Part shown: one piece after another, positions 51,680 through 60,613 of the stretch
Numbering within the stretch: position 1 is the stretch's first letter
Layout of the letters: every line of letters starts with the position of its first letter
Origin: Chthoniobacterales bacterium
Lineage (GTDB): Bacteria; Verrucomicrobiota; Verrucomicrobiia; Chthoniobacterales; Chthoniobacteraceae
NCBI GenBank assembly: GCA_038207335.1
Contig: JBBQZX010000006.1
Coordinates: 32,001 to 96,000 of the forward strand
Reading direction: 5' to 3'
Length of the DNA: 64,000 nucleotides
Made by a program: the position numbers and the translations under genes
Notes under the pieces: generated by a model
Told to the model about the DNA's origin: nothing
The model's database searches: none
Seen by the model: the letters and a program-made list of their open reading frames with translations, nothing else

Positions 51680-54600
51680 ATGCGAAATATTTTCTTCTCG
51701 TCGCTGCTAGCGCTCACGCTCGGCTTGGGCATTATGCCCGCTTCGCTCGGGCAGCAGAGCGAGGCCGATGCGAGCACGAAAAGCGGAGTTGGGCCGCCGC
51801 TCTCGGTGCCGCTTTTGCCGACGAAAAGAGACGCACCGCTGCCAAAGGAAACCGAGCCGACGCTTGAGCTCATTCCTGGAGCGACGGGCTCTGGGCCGAA
51901 GACTTCTGCGCCGCGTCCGGTGGCCGCGACACGTTCGGGAGTAGTGCGGAATTGGATCGACCAGACAGAGGCGGAAGCGCAGCGAAAGAGCGCGGGCTGT
52001 GTGCAGTGCCACGTCTCGACCGATGCTCACACGATGCACACTTCGCGCAACGTCGTGCTCGGCTGCATCGACTGCCACGGGGGGAATCCCGCGCGCGGGC
52101 TCCCGATCGAGCAGGCACATGTGCCACCGCATAATCCGGAGTTTTGGCGCACATCGGCGAACCCCGCGAACGCGACTGTCGTGCTCAACCACGAATCGCC
52201 GGAGTTCATCCGCTTCGTGAATCCCGGCGATCTCCGCGCGGCGGAAAAAGCGTGCGGACTATGCCACGGCGACATCGTGAAGCGCGTCGGAAATTCCATG
52301 ATGAACCACGGCACGATGCTCTGGAATGCCGCAGCGTACAACAACGGCGCAATCGACTCGAAGAATGCGATCGTCGGTCAGGCGTATGGCGAGGACGGCG
52401 TGCCGCTGATCCTGAACAACCCCTTTAAGCCGACCGCCGAGGAGACGCGCAAATACGGCTTCATCGCGCAGCTCGTGCCGCTTCCACGCTTCAATCGCGG
52501 GATGCCCGGCAACACCCTCCGCATCTTCGAAAAGGGCGGAATGCTCCCGCTTTCGCTCGGCATCCCGACGCTCGACGAACCGCCCGGAAAGCCTGAGCGA
52601 AGGCTCTCCGACCGCGGCCTCGGCACGCTCAACCGCACCGATCCCGTCATCCTCGGCGCATCGAAAACGCGCCTCCACGATCCGATGCTCGGCTTCATGG
52701 GGTCGAACGACCGCCCCGGCGATTACCGCTCGAGCGGCTGCTCCGCGTGCCACGTGGTGTATGCCAACGACCGCTCGCCGACCAACTCCGGCTGGTGGTC
52801 GAAATACGGCCACCAAGGCCTCAGCTTCTCGAAAGACCCGACCATTTCCAAAAACGAAAGCGGGCATCCGATCTTGCATCAGTTCACCCGATCGATCCCG
52901 TCCGCGCAGTGCATGAACTGCCACATGCACCAGGGGAATCTCTTCGTGAATCCCTTCCTCGGCTACACGTGGTGGGATCAGGAAACAGACGCCGATCTGA
53001 TGTATCCGAAAGAGCAGCACGACCCGACCGACGACGAACTCGTCCGCGCGACCGTGCAAAATCCCGAGGCCGCGGCGGCGCGCGGGAACTGGGGTAATCC
53101 CGATTTTCTCCAGAAAGTCGCCGAGCTGAACCCGCTGCTAAAGCACACGCAATTTGCCGACTACCACGGCCACGGCTGGGTTTTCCGCGCCGTCTTCAAG
53201 CAGGACAAAAAGGGCAACCGTCTCGACCTCAACGACAACATCATCGAGCACAGCGACTTCAAACACGCGGTGCATCTCAATGACGTTCACATCCAAAAAG
53301 GCATGCAGTGCGTGGACTGCCATTTCGAGATCGAAGTCCACGGAAACGGCCTGCTCTACGGCGAGCCGCGCAACGTCACGACGATCACCTGCGTGGACTG
53401 CCACGGCACCGTGGAAAAGCGCCCGAGGCTCGTCACCACAGGCGCGGGCGGGCATTGGAACGAAAAGGCGCACATGCTGCAGCCGATCGATTTGCAGAAG
53501 ACCGCGACGCCGTGGAAGCCGCGCTTCGAGTGGGAAGGCGACCGCCTTTTCCAGAACTCCACGCTCTCGCCCGACATCCGCTGGGAGATCCCGCAGACCG
53601 TCGATGTCATCGACCCGCTCTCTCCGAAATACAACGCGAAGGCGCGCTACGCGAAGACGCTCCAGCGCGATGGCGAGACGTGGGGTTCCGTGCCCGACTC
53701 GCCCGAGCAGTGCGCGGCCAAGCTCGCGCACTCAAACAAGGCGATGGATTGCCAAATCTGCCACACGTCCTGGGCCACGAGCTGCTTCGGCTGCCACTTG
53801 CCCATGAAGGCGAACCAGCGCGTCGCGCAGAACAAATACGAGGGCGTGATCGACCGGAACTACACCACCTACAATCCGCAGGTCGTCCGCGACGATGTCT
53901 TCATGCTCGGCATCGATGGGACCGTGAAAAAGCACCGCATGGCCGTCCTCCGCTCATCCAGCGCGGTGGTCGTCAGCTCGCAGAACCAGAACCGCGAGTG
54001 GGTTTATTCGCAGGCGCAGACGGTGAGCGGCGACGGCTACAGCGGGCAGGCTTTCAACCCGCATTTCCCGCACACCACCAGCGGGCGGGGGACGACCAAA
54101 AATTGCACCGATTGCCATCTTTCAAAGAACAACGACAACAACGCGTGGATGACCTCCCTCCTCGGCTTCGGCACGGGCACCGTGAATTTCTTCGGGCGCT
54201 ACGCATGGGTCGGCGGCGAGCATGCGCTGCACGGCGTCGTGTGGACGGAGGCCGACGAGCCGCAGTCGCCGATCGGCAGCTCATTCCAGAGCAAGGCGTA
54301 TCCGCGCGACTTCGCGGACCACTTGAAAAACAAGCGCGTCCTGAAGACCGCCTACGAGCACCACGCGAGCGAGATCAACGACCTCACGCTCCACGGCGAA
54401 TACCTCTACACCGCGAACGGCAAGAGCGGGCTCGAGGTCTTCGACGTCGCGAACATCGACCAGAAGGGTTTCAGCGAGCGGTTCAACAGCGCGCCCGTCT
54501 CGCCGCTCGGGCAGCGGACTTATGTGCGGACGAAATTTGCGACCTCCGCAGCGCTCGCGGGGACGATGGTGAACGACCCGGTGCGCATCCAGAATCCCGA

Positions 54601-55684
54601 GAATGAGGAGCAGCCCATCCACCCGATTTACGGCTGCATTTTCGTCACGGACTTGGAGGAGGGCCTCGTGGTCGTGGACATCAACTGCCTGCGCGACGGC
54701 AACCCCGAGAACAACTTCCTCCGCCGCATGAAGCTCCACGACGACAAGGGCTCCGACGGCGACCACTACAATCCCGGCGGCGTGCTGACCGGCGCGACTT
54801 ACGGCGTCTGCGCCGGCACGCGACTCTACGTCACCACGCGGCGCGGCCTCGCGGTCGTGGATATTTCAAAGCCCGACCAGCCCCGCCTCATCGGGGAGCT
54901 CGCGGATGGGTTCCTCAAAAATCCGCGCGCCGTCTTCACCCAGTTCCGCTACGCGTTCGTCACGGACGACGATGGGTTGAAAGTCGTGGACATCACCGAT
55001 CCCGTGCGCCCGCGGGCGATCCCCGGCGCTGTCGTGCCGCTACGCGACCCGCATAAACTCTACGTGGCGCGCACCTACGCGTATGTCGCCGATGGGCGCG
55101 ATGGGCTCGCGATCATCGACGTGCAGAATCCTGAGCGGCCCAGACTCGACCAGATTTTCAACGCCAACGGCGTGCTCAACGACACGCGCGCGGTGCAAAT
55201 CGGCTCCGTCGCTGCGTCCATGTATGCGCTCGTCGCGGATGGCCACAACGGCCTCCGCATCCTGCAAATGATCTCGCCGGACACGGTCGAAGGCGCCGCC
55301 GGATTCAGCCCGCGCCCGGCCCCGCGCCTCATCGCCACGTATCCGACGAAAGAGCCGATGCTCGCCGTCTCGCGCGGCCTCGACCGCGACCGCGTGACCG
55401 ACGAGACCGGCCACCAGACCGTGGTCTTCGGCCGCCGCGGCGCGCGCCCCTTCCATCTGGATGAGATGCGCCCCTTCCTCCGCCACTCGGACGGCACGCT
55501 CTACAAGGTCGATGACGTAAAAATGAAGACCTTCATGGACGAGACGACCGACGCCACCGGCGCGAAACAGCGCACCGTCCGCACCGCGCTCTTCACGAAA
55601 GGCGGCCGCGAGATCGCCGCGCCGCCGCTCCCGAAGCCCGCGCCCGTCGAATCCGCCGAACTCGCGCCGCCCGTGACGCAGTAG
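51680..55684 (+). CDS. Multiheme c-type cytochrome (10 CxxCH) with C-terminal LVIVD-repeat propeller
   Basis: Signal peptide; CVQCH, CIDCH, CGLCH, CSACH, CMNCH, CVDCH x2, CQICH, CFGCH, CTDCH; repeats such as YAYVADGRDGLAIIDVQNP and YAFVTDDDGLKVVDITDP. Confidence 0.9.
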   Translation: MRNIFFSSLLALTLGLGIMPASLGQQSEADASTKSGVGPPLSVPLLPTKRDAPLPKETEPTLELIPGATGSGPKTSAPRPVAATRSGVVRNWIDQTEAEAQRKSAGCVQCHVSTDAHTMHTSRNVVLGCIDCHGGNPARGLPIEQAHVPPHNPEFWRTSANPANATVVLNHESPEFIRFVNPGDLRAAEKACGLCHGDIVKRVGNSMMNHGTMLWNAAAYNNGAIDSKNAIVGQAYGEDGVPLILNNPFKPTAEETRKYGFIAQLVPLPRFNRGMPGNTLRIFEKGGMLPLSLGIPTLDEPPGKPERRLSDRGLGTLNRTDPVILGASKTRLHDPMLGFMGSNDRPGDYRSSGCSACHVVYANDRSPTNSGWWSKYGHQGLSFSKDPTISKNESGHPILHQFTRSIPSAQCMNCHMHQGNLFVNPFLGYTWWDQETDADLMYPKEQHDPTDDELVRATVQNPEAAAARGNWGNPDFLQKVAELNPLLKHTQFADYHGHGWVFRAVFKQDKKGNRLDLNDNIIEHSDFKHAVHLNDVHIQKGMQCVDCHFEIEVHGNGLLYGEPRNVTTITCVDCHGTVEKRPRLVTTGAGGHWNEKAHMLQPIDLQKTATPWKPRFEWEGDRLFQNSTLSPDIRWEIPQTVDVIDPLSPKYNAKARYAKTLQRDGETWGSVPDSPEQCAAKLAHSNKAMDCQICHTSWATSCFGCHLPMKANQRVAQNKYEGVIDRNYTTYNPQVVRDDVFMLGIDGTVKKHRMAVLRSSSAVVVSSQNQNREWVYSQAQTVSGDGYSGQAFNPHFPHTTSGRGTTKNCTDCHLSKNNDNNAWMTSLLGFGTGTVNFFGRYAWVGGEHALHGVVWTEADEPQSPIGSSFQSKAYPRDFADHLKNKRVLKTAYEHHASEINDLTLHGEYLYTANGKSGLEVFDVANIDQKGFSERFNSAPVSPLGQRTYVRTKFATSAALAGTMVNDPVRIQNPENEEQPIHPIYGCIFVTDLEEGLVVVDINCLRDGNPENNFLRRMKLHDDKGSDGDHYNPGGVLTGATYGVCAGTRLYVTTRRGLAVVDISKPDQPRLIGELADGFLKNPRAVFTQFRYAFVTDDDGLKVVDITDPVRPRAIPGAVVPLRDPHKLYVARTYAYVADGRDGLAIIDVQNPERPRLDQIFNANGVLNDTRAVQIGSVAASMYALVADGHNGLRILQMISPDTVEGAAGFSPRPAPRLIATYPTKEPMLAVSRGLDRDRVTDETGHQTVVFGRRGARPFHLDEMRPFLRHSDGTLYKVDDVKMKTFMDETTDATGAKQRTVRTALFTKGGREIAAPPLPKPAPVESAELAPPVTQ

Positions 55685-55784
55685 GGCGGCGGGGGGGGGA
55701 GGCCGCGAATGGGGCTAGTCTGTGCGTTTGTAGGGCGGCCACCCTGGCTGCCTGGGGCCGGGCGGCGAAAATCGCCGCCCTACA
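55681..55784. repeat. GTAG-type REP-like palindromic cluster
   Basis: GTAGGGCGGC at 55681 and 55730, inverted copy GCCGCCCTAC at 55774, internal hairpin GGGCGGCGA-AAA-TCGCCGCCC. Confidence 0.65.
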
Positions 55785-55799
55785 ACCAGGAATGTGCTT

Positions 55800-56105
55800 G
55801 CGCCGCGGGCGCTGTTTCCTAGGATGCCGGAGCGTTTTTGAGTCCAGCAGTGTCGCGATGTCGGAGGAGTCGGGGATGGGGAGGGCGTTCCGGGGCTGTT
55901 CACGCGGCGGGTGGATGCGGCGGCGCTGGGGCTGGCGTACACGGTGGAGTTTAGCGGCGATCTCACGGCGTGGGAGCCGAGCACTGCAACGCCGGCGGTG
56001 CTGGCGTCCAGCGGGAGCTACGAGATCGTGAGTGTGCCTTACCCGGCGCTGGCGGGCGGGCTGCCGGCGCGCTTTTTCCGCGTGCGAGTGACGCTGGCGC
56101 CATGA
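55800..56105 (+). pseudogene. Orphan C-terminal domain of a Verrucomicrobia-type secreted protein
   Basis: LFTRRVDAAALGLAYTVEFSGDLTAW...YEIVSVPYP...ARFFRVRVTLAP. Upstream frames are broken, with no signal peptide or body. Confidence 0.7.
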
Positions 56106-56211
56106 GGCGGCAGGGCACCCTGAGCTTGCTGCGCTCGGGGGGCGAAATAAAGTCGGCGTTTTGGTGAACTAACGCGTTGCACTCCGCGCGCGGATTTTCT
56201 ACACCAAACGC

Positions 56212-56451
56212 ATGGCTGATAAATCAATCAAAGTACCCGGAAACGTGGCTGGCGCATGGTATGTGGACACGACCTGCACCCCTTGCCGCACCTGCATGGA
56301 AGTCGCAGGCGTCGATGCGCTCCTAAAGTGGAACGACGATGAGACGCAGGTCTTCTTCCACGCGCAACCGGCCGACGACGCGCAGACTGCGATCGCCGAC
56401 GAAGCGATGGCCGTCTGCCCGACTGCGGCGATCGGCAACGACGGCGAGTAA
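56212..56451 (+). CDS. Single-cluster ferredoxin
   Basis: WYVDTTCTPCRTC...AMAVCPTAAIG. Confidence 0.9.
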   Translation: MADKSIKVPGNVAGAWYVDTTCTPCRTCMEVAGVDALLKWNDDETQVFFHAQPADDAQTAIADEAMAVCPTAAIGNDGE

Positions 56452-56475
56452 ATCGCCCGTCGCCCGCGAGCCCTG

Positions 56476-57108
56476 TCATTTCAAGGCTTCGTGGACTGCG
56501 GCATCCCAGCGCGGCCAGTCCGCGCCGTAGTTTTTCCTGAGCAGCAGTTCGAGATTTTCGCGCGCCTGCGCGCTGAAGGGATGCGCGGGATTTTCCGCAA
56601 TCGCGAGCAGTGTCGGCAGGGCGATGGCGTCCGGTCTTTCGAGAAGATCGGCGAAAAGCACGCCGAGCACGCGCCCGTGTGTTTGCGGATTGAGCAAGCG
56701 CACCGAAGCCGAGGCGTAGGCGGAATCCGGGAGCCTTTCGCCGGCCTCGCGCGCGGCGTCGTCCAGCGCCTCGGGTGGGAGCGAATCGAGCATCGCGAGC
56801 AGCGCTTTCGCTTTTCCCGCGTCGTCGAGCGCGCCGTTCCGGGTCACGAGCGCGATGCGTGCTTCCCACTCGGGCGCACCGCGATCGAGTGCCAGCGGGG
56901 GAGGCGTCGTGGGCGCGGGTTCGTCAAACGGCATCGCGGGATCGGCGTGCAAAATCGGCTGCGGCGCGGGCGTCGAGCTGATCGGTGCGATTTCTCCCGA
57001 CCGCGCAGGAGCCGAACTTCGCGGCACGGCGTCCCGGTCTTTGTGTCGAGAAAGGAGCGCAATCACGACGCACGCCACCGCTACGACAAAGAGAAAGCGC
57101 ACACGCAT
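56476..57108 (-). CDS. Membrane-anchored hypothetical protein (Pro-rich linker, helical C-domain)
   Basis: N-terminal hydrophobic segment, Pro-rich spacer, helical domain ending HPFSAQARENLELLL...W. Confidence 0.7.
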   Translation of the reverse strand: MRVRFLFVVAVACVVIALLSRHKDRDAVPRSSAPARSGEIAPISSTPAPQPILHADPAMPFDEPAPTTPPPLALDRGAPEWEARIALVTRNGALDDAGKAKALLAMLDSLPPEALDDAAREAGERLPDSAYASASVRLLNPQTHGRVLGVLFADLLERPDAIALPTLLAIAENPAHPFSAQARENLELLLRKNYGADWPRWDAAVHEALK

Positions 57109-57241
57109 CGCTCGGACCCTAGCTCGCCGCTCTGCCGCGCTTCAATCTCCGCGGTGCATTCACGCTACCGTTCGCAAATCACCACTTTTCCAATGACAAG
57201 GTGCCCCGCATCGGCCTAAATAATCCTCCGCGTCATCGCAC

Positions 57242-57315
57242 GCGTCCGTAGCTCAACTGGATAGAGCGCTGCCCTCCGAAGGCAGAGGTTGTGGGTTCAA
57301 ATCCCGCCGGGCGCA
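57242..57315 (+). tRNA. tRNA-Arg (anticodon CCG), CCA not encoded
   Basis: GCGTCCG/CGGGCGC acceptor stem, TAGCTCAACTGGATAGAGC D-arm, CTGCC-CTCCGAA-GGCAG anticodon arm, GGTTCAAATCC. Confidence 0.96.
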
Positions 57316-57325
57316 CGTCGCTTTC

Positions 57326-58045
57326 TCAGTCGGCAAATCGAAACCGTACGGGCACCTCGACCTTTGCGCGGACCGCCACTCCGTTCCTCGTCGCAGGGTC
57401 GAAACGCCAGGTACGCACCGAATCCAGCGCCGCGCGATCCAGCGCCGGATGGCCGCTGCCGTGCTGGATCGCTGCGCGGCTGACCCGGCCCGAAGGATCC
57501 ACAGATACGAGCACGACCACGATGCCTTCCAAGTGCTCCGCGCGAGCGGAGGCGGGGTAGGGGGGCTTGTATCGCGTGCGATACCGTGGCGGCGTGTAAT
57601 CTCCCCGCTGCCCGCCGCCGCTGCCACCGCCGATTTGTGCGCCGCCCTCGTTTCCATTTGCCCCGCGTCTCGGCGCGATTTCCTTGCGGCGAGCAGGCGC
57701 GGCCTCTCGCTTTGCGCTGACTTTTTCCAAGGGAGGTGAAATGTCCGCCGCAACCGCGAGCGGTCCCACGCTAGTGAGCTGTGGAGGCAGGGGCGGCGGC
57801 GTCACCAAGACGGGTGGCTCCACCGGTTGTGTGAAAATTGCCACCTCCGGTTCTGGCGGGCTCGCTGCTGGTTGCTCCACGCCTACTAGCGGTTCCGCGT
57901 AGGCGTCACTTTCGATCAAAAACGAAACCGTGGGCTCGGCCCTTCCCGGCCCGTGGTCGGTGGCATGAGAGCCCGCCCAGTCGCCGAACAAGGCCAGCGC
58001 TCCGGCATGAAGCGCGAGCGAAACCGTGAATGCAGCCCGCGACAT
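57326..58045 (-). CDS. tonB: Energy transducer TonB
   Basis: TM with SLALH (SxxxH) motif, Pro-rich linker, TonB_C (PPYPASAR...EGIV...GSGHPALDRAALDSVRTWRFDPA). Confidence 0.9.
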   Translation of the reverse strand: MSRAAFTVSLALHAGALALFGDWAGSHATDHGPGRAEPTVSFLIESDAYAEPLVGVEQPAASPPEPEVAIFTQPVEPPVLVTPPPLPPQLTSVGPLAVAADISPPLEKVSAKREAAPARRKEIAPRRGANGNEGGAQIGGGSGGGQRGDYTPPRYRTRYKPPYPASARAEHLEGIVVVLVSVDPSGRVSRAAIQHGSGHPALDRAALDSVRTWRFDPATRNGVAVRAKVEVPVRFRFAD

Positions 58046-58094
58046 GATCTTAAACCTCAACGACGATTCAAAATTCGGCGAAGCGCAAACTTCA

Positions 58095-58985
58095 TCAGTT
58101 CTGCCGCCCGCTGGTCGGCACGTATGCCTGCTCGCTGTGCCTGCCGGGGCCGAAATCGTAGCCGAGAATCAGGAACGCGATTTGGCAATCGGTGTCGCGA
58201 TTCGTCCCGAACATGCACGACAAATCGACGTGCGTGTGCCGCGTCGGCCGCCACTGCGCGCTTGGCCCCATGCTGAACTGATCCATCGCATCACCGCGCT
58301 CTCCACGCACGCTGTCGTGGTCATAAAGAAACTCCACGCCGAGGCTCAGCTTTCCGTCGATGATCGCGTAGCTCAGCCCGCCGGGAATCTGAAACTCCTG
58401 CTCGCGTTCGCCGCCGATCGCCGCTTCCCAGACGAAATTCACCGCCCAATGCCAGCGCTTCGCGAACTCGTCGCCGAGCAGCAGCTTGCACTCATAGACA
58501 TCCGGGCCCCAATGCTGGTCGGCGAATTTGTATTCCGCATACAGCGTCGGGTTGCCCCAGATTTTACCCCAGTCAGCGAGCGCCCACCGCAACTCCACAT
58601 TGAAACTTTGGTAGTGAAACCGCCCGCGGTCGTCCCCCTCGATGTCGTTGTAAAGATCGAGCTGCATCCGGTACGGCAGGCCGATTTCCACCTCTTCGAG
58701 AAGGCGATGTGAAAGCGAACCATCGCGGTGATTCTTGATCCTCCACCAACTCTCGACGCCCACCTCCCACGGCTCTTGTTGGATGTAAACGCGCGCGCCG
58801 GGAAAGCGCCTCGCGCTAGTCCACTCGGGTCTTCCGGTAAGACCGATCGGCGTGCTTTCGGTGAGCACGGAATTGAGCGCAGTAGTGGTCGTCTCGGGAA
58901 GGCGGGTCGCGGCGCGGTCCTGCGCGTGAACGTTGGCGAGCGAAGCGATGGCGAGGATGAAAATGCGAAGGTGGAATCGGATCAT
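58095..58985 (-). CDS. Predicted small outer-membrane beta-barrel protein of unknown function
   Basis: Sec signal peptide (NVHA-QD), successive amphipathic strands (EVEIGL, QLDLY, VELRWAL, TLYAEYKF, WAVNFVWE, LSLGVEF, GPSAQWRP, HVDLSCMFG) and near-terminal ILGYDF. Confidence 0.7.
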   Translation of the reverse strand: MIRFHLRIFILAIASLANVHAQDRAATRLPETTTTALNSVLTESTPIGLTGRPEWTSARRFPGARVYIQQEPWEVGVESWWRIKNHRDGSLSHRLLEEVEIGLPYRMQLDLYNDIEGDDRGRFHYQSFNVELRWALADWGKIWGNPTLYAEYKFADQHWGPDVYECKLLLGDEFAKRWHWAVNFVWEAAIGGEREQEFQIPGGLSYAIIDGKLSLGVEFLYDHDSVRGERGDAMDQFSMGPSAQWRPTRHTHVDLSCMFGTNRDTDCQIAFLILGYDFGPGRHSEQAYVPTSGRQN

Positions 58986-59014
58986 GGATGGTGGGTTGAA
59001 GTGCGGCACCCTTT

Positions 59015-59031
59015 AGCAGCGCAAATGCCAA
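59015..59031 (-). promoter_or_regulatory. sigma54 (-24/-12)-type promoter for the barrel-tonB unit
   Basis: Minus strand TTGGCATTTGCGCTGCT = GG-N10-GC, 30 bp upstream of ATG 58985. Confidence 0.65.
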
Positions 59032-59246
59032 GGGGGTTTTTGGGCGATGCAAAGCAGCGCAAGCGAATCGCGTTTTCAAATGTCGAGTCGGCTTGAAAGG
59101 CTGATTCCATCAGCTTCTCCCGCTCACCGTGTGTGTGATTGCTAAAAATTTATCCGATCTCTTGGCGGCAACCGTGGCATAATTAATCGGGATACAAATG
59201 CACCTGACTCTTGTCAGTCATGAATACATAATATCCACTCCTTGCC

Positions 59247-60605
59247 GTGCCGCTTCGACTCCGCATCCCCACGTTTTGGCTCCGCATTGCGCTACCTTTT
59301 CTACTTTTCGTCGCGGCGGGTTCGGTCGCGCTCGCGCTCTGGATTCAGCGCGCCGCGCAGCGCGAATCGGATGCCGTATTCGCCGCGCTTGCGCGCACGA
59401 ACGCCGAATTTTTTCGCGACCGACGTCTGGCTCTCAGCGAGCGAATGGCTGGCTACATTAGCCAGATGCTCAATGCGCACGCGTTCGTCCGGCGCGGTTC
59501 GGAACTCCTCCCGGAACCCGATTCGGAGCTCGCCGGGCAACGCGAGCAACTTCTCGCCCTGCGTGCGGATCAAGGCGTGATGCGGATTGGCGGTGTGTTC
59601 GAGGCAATCGCCGCGCCGGTCGATGGTGAGGTTTCGCTACTGCTTGCACGGCCTGCGGCGCGACCGTTTGCATTCCTGCTGCAGCGCGAGACGCTGCTTG
59701 TGCTCGTTGCATTCTGGCTGCTCTCGATCGCGCTCGCATGGGCGATCACGCGTGGAGTCGTGCGTCCGCTCCGCCTGCTCGCGCTGCGGCTGCCGCACAT
59801 CGGTCACGACTCCGAAGCCACGCTGCCCGGCACCGATCGCGACGACGAAATCGGCCAACTGGCGCGCGCCTATCTCGTCACCCGCGCGCAGCTCGCGGAG
59901 GAGCGTGCACGCCGCGAGCAAGCCGAGCGGCTCGCGATCCTCGGGCGCATGGCCACCGGCCTCGCGCACGAGATTCACAATCCACTCTCGGCCATCCGAA
60001 TGCACAGCCAGCTCATCGATTGCGCGCCGCCTGGCGACGTCGAAGACGCCGCGCGCACATCGATTCCCGTGCTCCTCGGTGAGACGGCGAAAATCGAGAG
60101 TCTCGTGAATCAGTGGATGTTCCTCGCGCGCCCCGCGCCGCCCGAAACAACACGCACCGACCTAGCGGAGCTCGTCGCTGAAGTCGTGCGCGCCCAATGC
60201 GCGCACGCCGCTCACGCTGAGGTCATTTTGGAAAACTCAACCGCCGCTGGCCTGGTCGTCGCTGCGGATTCGCGTCGCCTGTCCCAAGCGCTCAGCAATG
60301 TCGTCATTAACGCGATTCAAGCCATGCCCGACGGCGGCACGCTCCGCATCACGGGCGAGCTCGAGGAGGCCCACGCACGACTCGTTTTCCACGACACCGG
60401 CCCTGGCTTTTCGAGCGCCGCACTCGACCGCCACAGCGAGCTTTTCTTCTCCGAAAAGGAAGGCGGCATGGGCATCGGGCTCAACGTAACCGCGGAGATT
60501 TTGAAAGCTCACGGCGGGGCGCTCACCACCGCAAATTCTCCGCACGGCGGCGCGATCGTGACGCTCGAAGTCCCGATCATCTCAACTCCCGACTCTCAAC
60601 TCTAA
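59247..60605 (+). CDS. HAMP-domain sensor histidine kinase (NtrB-like)
   Basis: 2 TM segments, HAMP (DRDDEIGQLA), LAHEIHNPL, NAIQAM, DTGPG, GMGIGL. Confidence 0.93.
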   Translation: MPLRLRIPTFWLRIALPFLLFVAAGSVALALWIQRAAQRESDAVFAALARTNAEFFRDRRLALSERMAGYISQMLNAHAFVRRGSELLPEPDSELAGQREQLLALRADQGVMRIGGVFEAIAAPVDGEVSLLLARPAARPFAFLLQRETLLVLVAFWLLSIALAWAITRGVVRPLRLLALRLPHIGHDSEATLPGTDRDDEIGQLARAYLVTRAQLAEERARREQAERLAILGRMATGLAHEIHNPLSAIRMHSQLIDCAPPGDVEDAARTSIPVLLGETAKIESLVNQWMFLARPAPPETTRTDLAELVAEVVRAQCAHAAHAEVILENSTAAGLVVAADSRRLSQALSNVVINAIQAMPDGGTLRITGELEEAHARLVFHDTGPGFSSAALDRHSELFFSEKEGGMGIGLNVTAEILKAHGGALTTANSPHGGAIVTLEVPIISTPDSQL

Positions 60606-60613
60606 ACCCGCCT

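Noticed and set aside
57313..57325. Missing CCA on tRNA-Arg as a sign of integration
   Set aside because: CCA is often added post-transcriptionally; no duplicated 3' end or integrase seen.
59059..59079. Fur-box-like sequence upstream of the barrel-tonB unit
   Set aside because: Poor match to the GATAATGATAATCATTATC consensus and weak symmetry; the sigma54 reading fits better.
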